A stretch of 64,000 bases of DNA from an uncultured Gemmatimonadales bacterium (GTDB lineage: Bacteria > Gemmatimonadota > Gemmatimonadetes > Gemmatimonadales > GWC2-71-9), in the NCBI GenBank assembly GCA_963739455.1, contig CAVUAK010000003.1, positions 64,001 through 128,000 of the forward strand, written 5' to 3'. Positions 60,367-64,000 of this stretch are shown here, piece by piece. Made by a program: the position numbers and the translations under genes. The first letter of the stretch is position 1. Every line of letters begins with the position of its first letter. Under the pieces are notes generated by a model. That model searched no databases. It saw only the letters and a program-made list of their open reading frames with translations, and was not told the origin of the DNA.

Positions 60367-61935
60367 CTACCAGTCGGTCGGCTTGTAGTCCTTCAGGAAC
60401 TGTCCCCACACATGCGTGCCGGTGTTGATCCCGTCGATGATCGGGTCGACGATCCGTGCCGCGCCATCCACGATGTCGAGCGGCGGATGGAACCGGTGTT
60501 CCAGCGTCTTCCGCGCCGCCAGCTCGACCGGGTCCTCGTCCGTCACCCATCCGGTATCCACCGCGTTCATGTGGATGCCGTCGCCCTGGTAGTCGGTCGC
60601 GGCGGTGCGCGTCATCATGTTGAGCGCCGCCTTCGCCATGTTCGTGTGCGGGTGGCGCGTCGTCTTCTGCCGCCGGTAGAACTGGCCCTCCACCGCCGAC
60701 ACGTTCACGATGTGCTTGTCGCGCTCCGGGGTGCGCATCATCAGCGGCTTGAGCCGCGCGTTGATGATGAACGGCGCGATCGCGTTGACCAGCTGCACCT
60801 CCATCAGCTCCACCGACGGCACCTCCGCCATCAGCAGCCGCCAGGAGTTGCGCCCGCGCAGGTCCACCTGCTGCAGGTCCTGGTCGAGCCGCCCCTCCGG
60901 GAAGAGATGATCCTGCAGCGTGTGTTCCTCGGGAAGCAGTGGCACCTGCGAGAGCGCCGCAGCATGGCTCAGCCCCAGGGCACCGGCAATGCGACGATCG
61001 GGGCCCACATTCGCCACGTCGCCCTCCGGTAGCAGGTTGACGCCGCGCCAGCCCTCGTACGCGCCCAGCAGCCGGCGCGCCGGTTCCGGCAGTTGCCCCG
61101 CCGAAGCGGTCTCCAGCGCCATCATGTGTCGGTAGAACTCGGGAGGGCGCCGCACCGTCTGGCAGGCATTGTTGATGATGAAGTCGAGGCGGTCCCGTTC
61201 GGCCAGCAGCTGGCGACAGAACGCCTCGACGCTCGGCGTGTGGCGCAGGTCGAGCCCGAAGATCTCGAGCCGGTCGCCCCACTCCGCGAAGTCGGGCTCG
61301 GCGGCGTAGCGCATCGCCGAGTCGCGCGGGAAGCGCGTGGTGACGAGCAGGTGCGCACCGGCACGCAGCAGCTTGATTCCTGCCTGGTACCCGATCTTCA
61401 CCCGGCCGCCGGTCAGCAGGGCCACTCGACCGCGGAGGTCCGCGGTCTCGGTGCGCTTGAAGAAGTTGAACTCGGCGCAGGTGGGGCAGAGCTGGTCGTA
61501 GAACGGGTGGATCGCCGTGTAGTGCTGCTTGCAGACGTAGCAACACTGCGGCACCACCGCTTCGCGGAAGTCGGGATCCTCCTCCACATCTTCCTGGGAG
61601 AAGCCTGGTGGCGGGAACACGTTCGGCGTGGTGAAGACGGTCTGCTTCCGCAGCTGGCGGATGCCGGTCTCGTTGAGCTCCGACTCGTCCCGCTTCACCC
61701 GCTCCGCCTTCCGGAGGCGGATGGTGGCCTTAACCAGCTTGCGCCGCGCCTTGGCGTCGGGGCTGTACACGTGCGCGGTGGCGTCGAGGAAGCGGCGCCG
61801 GTCGTCAGCGGATACCTCGGCCAGGAGGCCGCGGTTGGCGGCGACCAGCTCCAGGAAATCAGTGGCGGCGCGCAGCCGTTCAGTCAGGTCGGCGCCCTCG
61901 AGGCCGTCCGTGGCTGCGTTCTCTGGGGTCAGCAT
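60367..61935 (-). CDS. SDR oxidoreductase with N-terminal CxxC/CxxC domain
   Basis: CYVC...CPTC, LTGGRVKIG, INNA, HTNMAKAALN. Confidence 0.85.
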   Translation of the reverse strand: MLTPENAATDGLEGADLTERLRAATDFLELVAANRGLLAEVSADDRRRFLDATAHVYSPDAKARRKLVKATIRLRKAERVKRDESELNETGIRQLRKQTVFTTPNVFPPPGFSQEDVEEDPDFREAVVPQCCYVCKQHYTAIHPFYDQLCPTCAEFNFFKRTETADLRGRVALLTGGRVKIGYQAGIKLLRAGAHLLVTTRFPRDSAMRYAAEPDFAEWGDRLEIFGLDLRHTPSVEAFCRQLLAERDRLDFIINNACQTVRRPPEFYRHMMALETASAGQLPEPARRLLGAYEGWRGVNLLPEGDVANVGPDRRIAGALGLSHAAALSQVPLLPEEHTLQDHLFPEGRLDQDLQQVDLRGRNSWRLLMAEVPSVELMEVQLVNAIAPFIINARLKPLMMRTPERDKHIVNVSAVEGQFYRRQKTTRHPHTNMAKAALNMMTRTAATDYQGDGIHMNAVDTGWVTDEDPVELAARKTLEHRFHPPLDIVDGAARIVDPIIDGINTGTHVWGQFLKDYKPTDW

Positions 61936-61996
61936 GGGGCAAGCCTAATGCGGTCCCTCATGCGCGGGAAGCCAGCGCCGCGCCGGCCCCGTCAGG

Positions 61997-62395
61997 TCAG
62001 GTCGAGGTGTCCGATCCCGCCCGCTTCCGCTGTACCAGCCAGTGTACCAGCCCCCCGATGGCGCCGACCAGCACGCCCAGTGGTCCAGTGATGAGGATGC
62101 CGAGAAGTGGTCCCTGGTTGGCGCCGGGGGCGAATACCATCGGCCCGAAGAAACCGCCGACGAATCCAATGGCGCCGATGACCAGCGCCCAGTAACCGAC
62201 ACTCCGTGTCAGGGAGCTGTCGACCGTGGCGGTCCGCGTCCAGGCATACCAGCCTGCAGCCATGGCGGCGGCATACGAGATGACCGCGGCAACGCCCCAC
62301 GGGATGTGGACCAGCGCGAGCGGCACCCAGTAGAAGAAGTAGAAGGTCGCGACGACCACGATCGCTGAGACGACGATCCGGAAAAGAACGGTCAT
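61997..62395 (-). CDS. Membrane protein
   Basis: Four TM; GFFGPM...ANQGPLLGILITGPLG. Confidence 0.75.
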   Translation of the reverse strand: MTVLFRIVVSAIVVVATFYFFYWVPLALVHIPWGVAAVISYAAAMAAGWYAWTRTATVDSSLTRSVGYWALVIGAIGFVGGFFGPMVFAPGANQGPLLGILITGPLGVLVGAIGGLVHWLVQRKRAGSDTST

Positions 62396-62481
62396 GGCTG
62401 TCGTGGCCTCTCGAGGGTAGGGAAGGGCCCAGCAAGTGTACGACCGGCCTTCGCGCTTGGCCAGCTACCTGTGGCCTGGCG

Positions 62482-62874
62482 TCAGGCGCGGTCCAGGTGC
62501 CGCCGCAGCACTGAGCGCAGCACGTTCACCCGCGCGTGCCCCAGCGATGCGTCGGTCAGCATCTGCTGGCGAGGTACCTCCCGCATGAGCACTTCGAGGT
62601 CTTCCCACTGGTGCGTGGCCGGCTGCGCCCCCGCCGTGCTCGACTGCAGCCGGAGCCAGTGGTTCGCCCCATTCCATTCCAGGCGGATGCGTGCCGCCGG
62701 GCGACGGTACTCGGCCCATGCACTGCCTGTCGCCTCGGGCAGGAGCGCCTCCGCGGCCAGCGAGAATCCATGCTCCCGCAGGACCGTCTCGAGCTCCTGC
62801 CTCGCCAGCACGTAGGGCACTGCCCAGGTGCGAGAGAACATGGTCATCTGCAAGCCCCGCCAGCGCGCATGCAA
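62482..62874 (-). CDS. Hypothetical protein
   Basis: ORF only; start uncertain. Confidence 0.45.
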   Translation of the reverse strand: MHARWRGLQMTMFSRTWAVPYVLARQELETVLREHGFSLAAEALLPEATGSAWAEYRRPAARIRLEWNGANHWLRLQSSTAGAQPATHQWEDLEVLMREVPRQQMLTDASLGHARVNVLRSVLRRHLDRA

Positions 62875-62949
62875 CCTCTATTGAGCCACATACGTCTGAT
62901 CTTCGCACGCATCATACCTCACGTATCCGGGCCCCCTGGGCAGGGGGTC

Positions 62950-62987
62950 TTGACGACTTACTACAGTTGTAGTATTACATGTGTAGT
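62950..62987 (+). promoter_or_regulatory. Sigma70-type promoter overlapped by two BlaI/MecI-type operators
   Basis: TTGACG -35; TACTACA-GT-TGTAGTA (62959-62974) and ATTACA-TG-TGTAGT (62974-62987). Confidence 0.8.
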
Positions 62988-63005
62988 CATTAACCGGATC
63001 AATTC

Positions 63006-63407
63006 TTGGCTGACCTGCATCAACTGACCGACCTCCAGCTCGCGATCATGCGGGCGCTCTGGGCGAGGGCCACCACCGTGGCAGACATCACCGCCGCGCT
63101 GGAGCCCGGGCGCCGCCTCGCACCGACCACGGTAGCGACCCTGCTCAGGCGGCTCGAGGCCCGCGGCCTGGTGCGACACCGCACCCGCGGGCGGCAGTTC
63201 GTCTTCGAGGCGACGGTGCCGGAGCACGCGGTGCGCGACTCGATGGTGGGTGACCTGACCGACACGCTCTTTGGCGGCAACACCGCGGCGCTCGTTTCAC
63301 ACCTGCTCACCGAACACGACATTGCGCCGGGCGACCTGGCGCGCGTCAAGCAACTGATCGCGGCGCATGAAGACCGTGCGCGAAAGGGGAAGGACGATGC
63401 GCGCTGA
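63006..63407 (+). CDS. BlaI/MecI/CopY-family repressor
   Basis: LTDLQLAIMRALW, LAPTTVATLLRRL, LFGG. Confidence 0.9.
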   Translation: MADLHQLTDLQLAIMRALWARATTVADITAALEPGRRLAPTTVATLLRRLEARGLVRHRTRGRQFVFEATVPEHAVRDSMVGDLTDTLFGGNTAALVSHLLTEHDIAPGDLARVKQLIAAHEDRARKGKDDAR

Positions 63408-64000
63408 TCTCCTGCCGGCCCTGACCAACTGGTTGCTGACCTACTGGGTCCATGCAACGGTACTGCTCACGGCGGCGGCACTGCTGAGTCGCCTTCGCGT
63501 CATGTCGTTCGCTGCGCGCGACCTGCTCTGGAAGTGCGCGCTGGCCGGCCCACTGTTCACTGCCACCGCGCACTCACTCATCGGGTCGATGCCGGCGCGG
63601 CATCTCGACGTCGCACCTGCCGTGGCGGTCGCGATGGCTCCGGCAACAGCTGCGGCCGCCGCGCCGGCCCTCGAGGGCGGCATGATCCCCCAGGATCGGG
63701 TGGGCAGGACCGCGACCATCCCGGCGCACGATTGGCGCGCAGAATTCCTCATGGCGTGGGCCGTCATCGCAGTGATCCTCCTGCTTGGCCTCCTGGCGCG
63801 ACGCGTCCGCCTGATGCAGCGCATCGGGCGCCGACACCGGGTCACCGATGCACGCCTGCGCGACCTGCTTGAGACGCTCTGCCTGGCATCCGGCTACCCG
63901 CACTATGTGCGACTGACGACGGCACCGGGACTCGCGAGTCCCGTGGCACTTCCCGGCCGGGAGATCTGCCTCCCCGAGGCGGTGGTGACGGATCTCGGTC
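63397..64000 (+). CDS. BlaR1/M56-family metallopeptidase, partial (runs off the window)
   Basis: ATG overlapping the BlaI end; WLLTYWVHATVL..., LASPVALPGREICLP; HExxH not within the window. Confidence 0.75.
   Translation, partial: MRADLLPALTNWLLTYWVHATVLLTAAALLSRLRVMSFAARDLLWKCALAGPLFTATAHSLIGSMPARHLDVAPAVAVAMAPATAAAAAPALEGGMIPQDRVGRTATIPAHDWRAEFLMAWAVIAVILLLGLLARRVRLMQRIGRRHRVTDARLRDLLETLCLASGYPHYVRLTTAPGLASPVALPGREICLPEAVVTDLG

Overview
GC-rich bacterial chromosome segment; the gene content resembles Gemmatimonadota (inference). Many single-base indels split otherwise intact genes, typical of an unpolished long-read assembly. Most of the window is housekeeping or accessory: bioA/bioB, ilvE, moaC, holB, uvrA, pgm, mgtE, uup, two alkylation-repair glycosylases, tRNA-Lys, tRNA-Asn, two ECF sigma factors, FHA/PP2C/Ser-Thr kinase signalling, a probably lanthanide-type PQQ dehydrogenase with cytochrome c, and a BlaI/BlaR1-like pair. 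The standout is a ~7.7 kb locus after tRNA-Lys (2753-10415). It encodes an acidic PpiC/SurA-like protein, a peptidase-containing ABC transporter with two cNMP-binding domains and an intact C39 triad, an HlyD adaptor and a sigma54 activator with no sensory domain. These are followed by four 32-50 aa Lys-rich double-glycine precursor peptides that the ORF track does not call as separate genes. Two of the peptides sit in duplicated modules with identical sigma54 -24/-12 promoters. No modifying enzyme is present, so the locus looks like a sigma54-controlled micro-peptide export/signalling system. One core (RKAGKGQQE, then amber, then Leu) resembles a T6SS Hcp motif.
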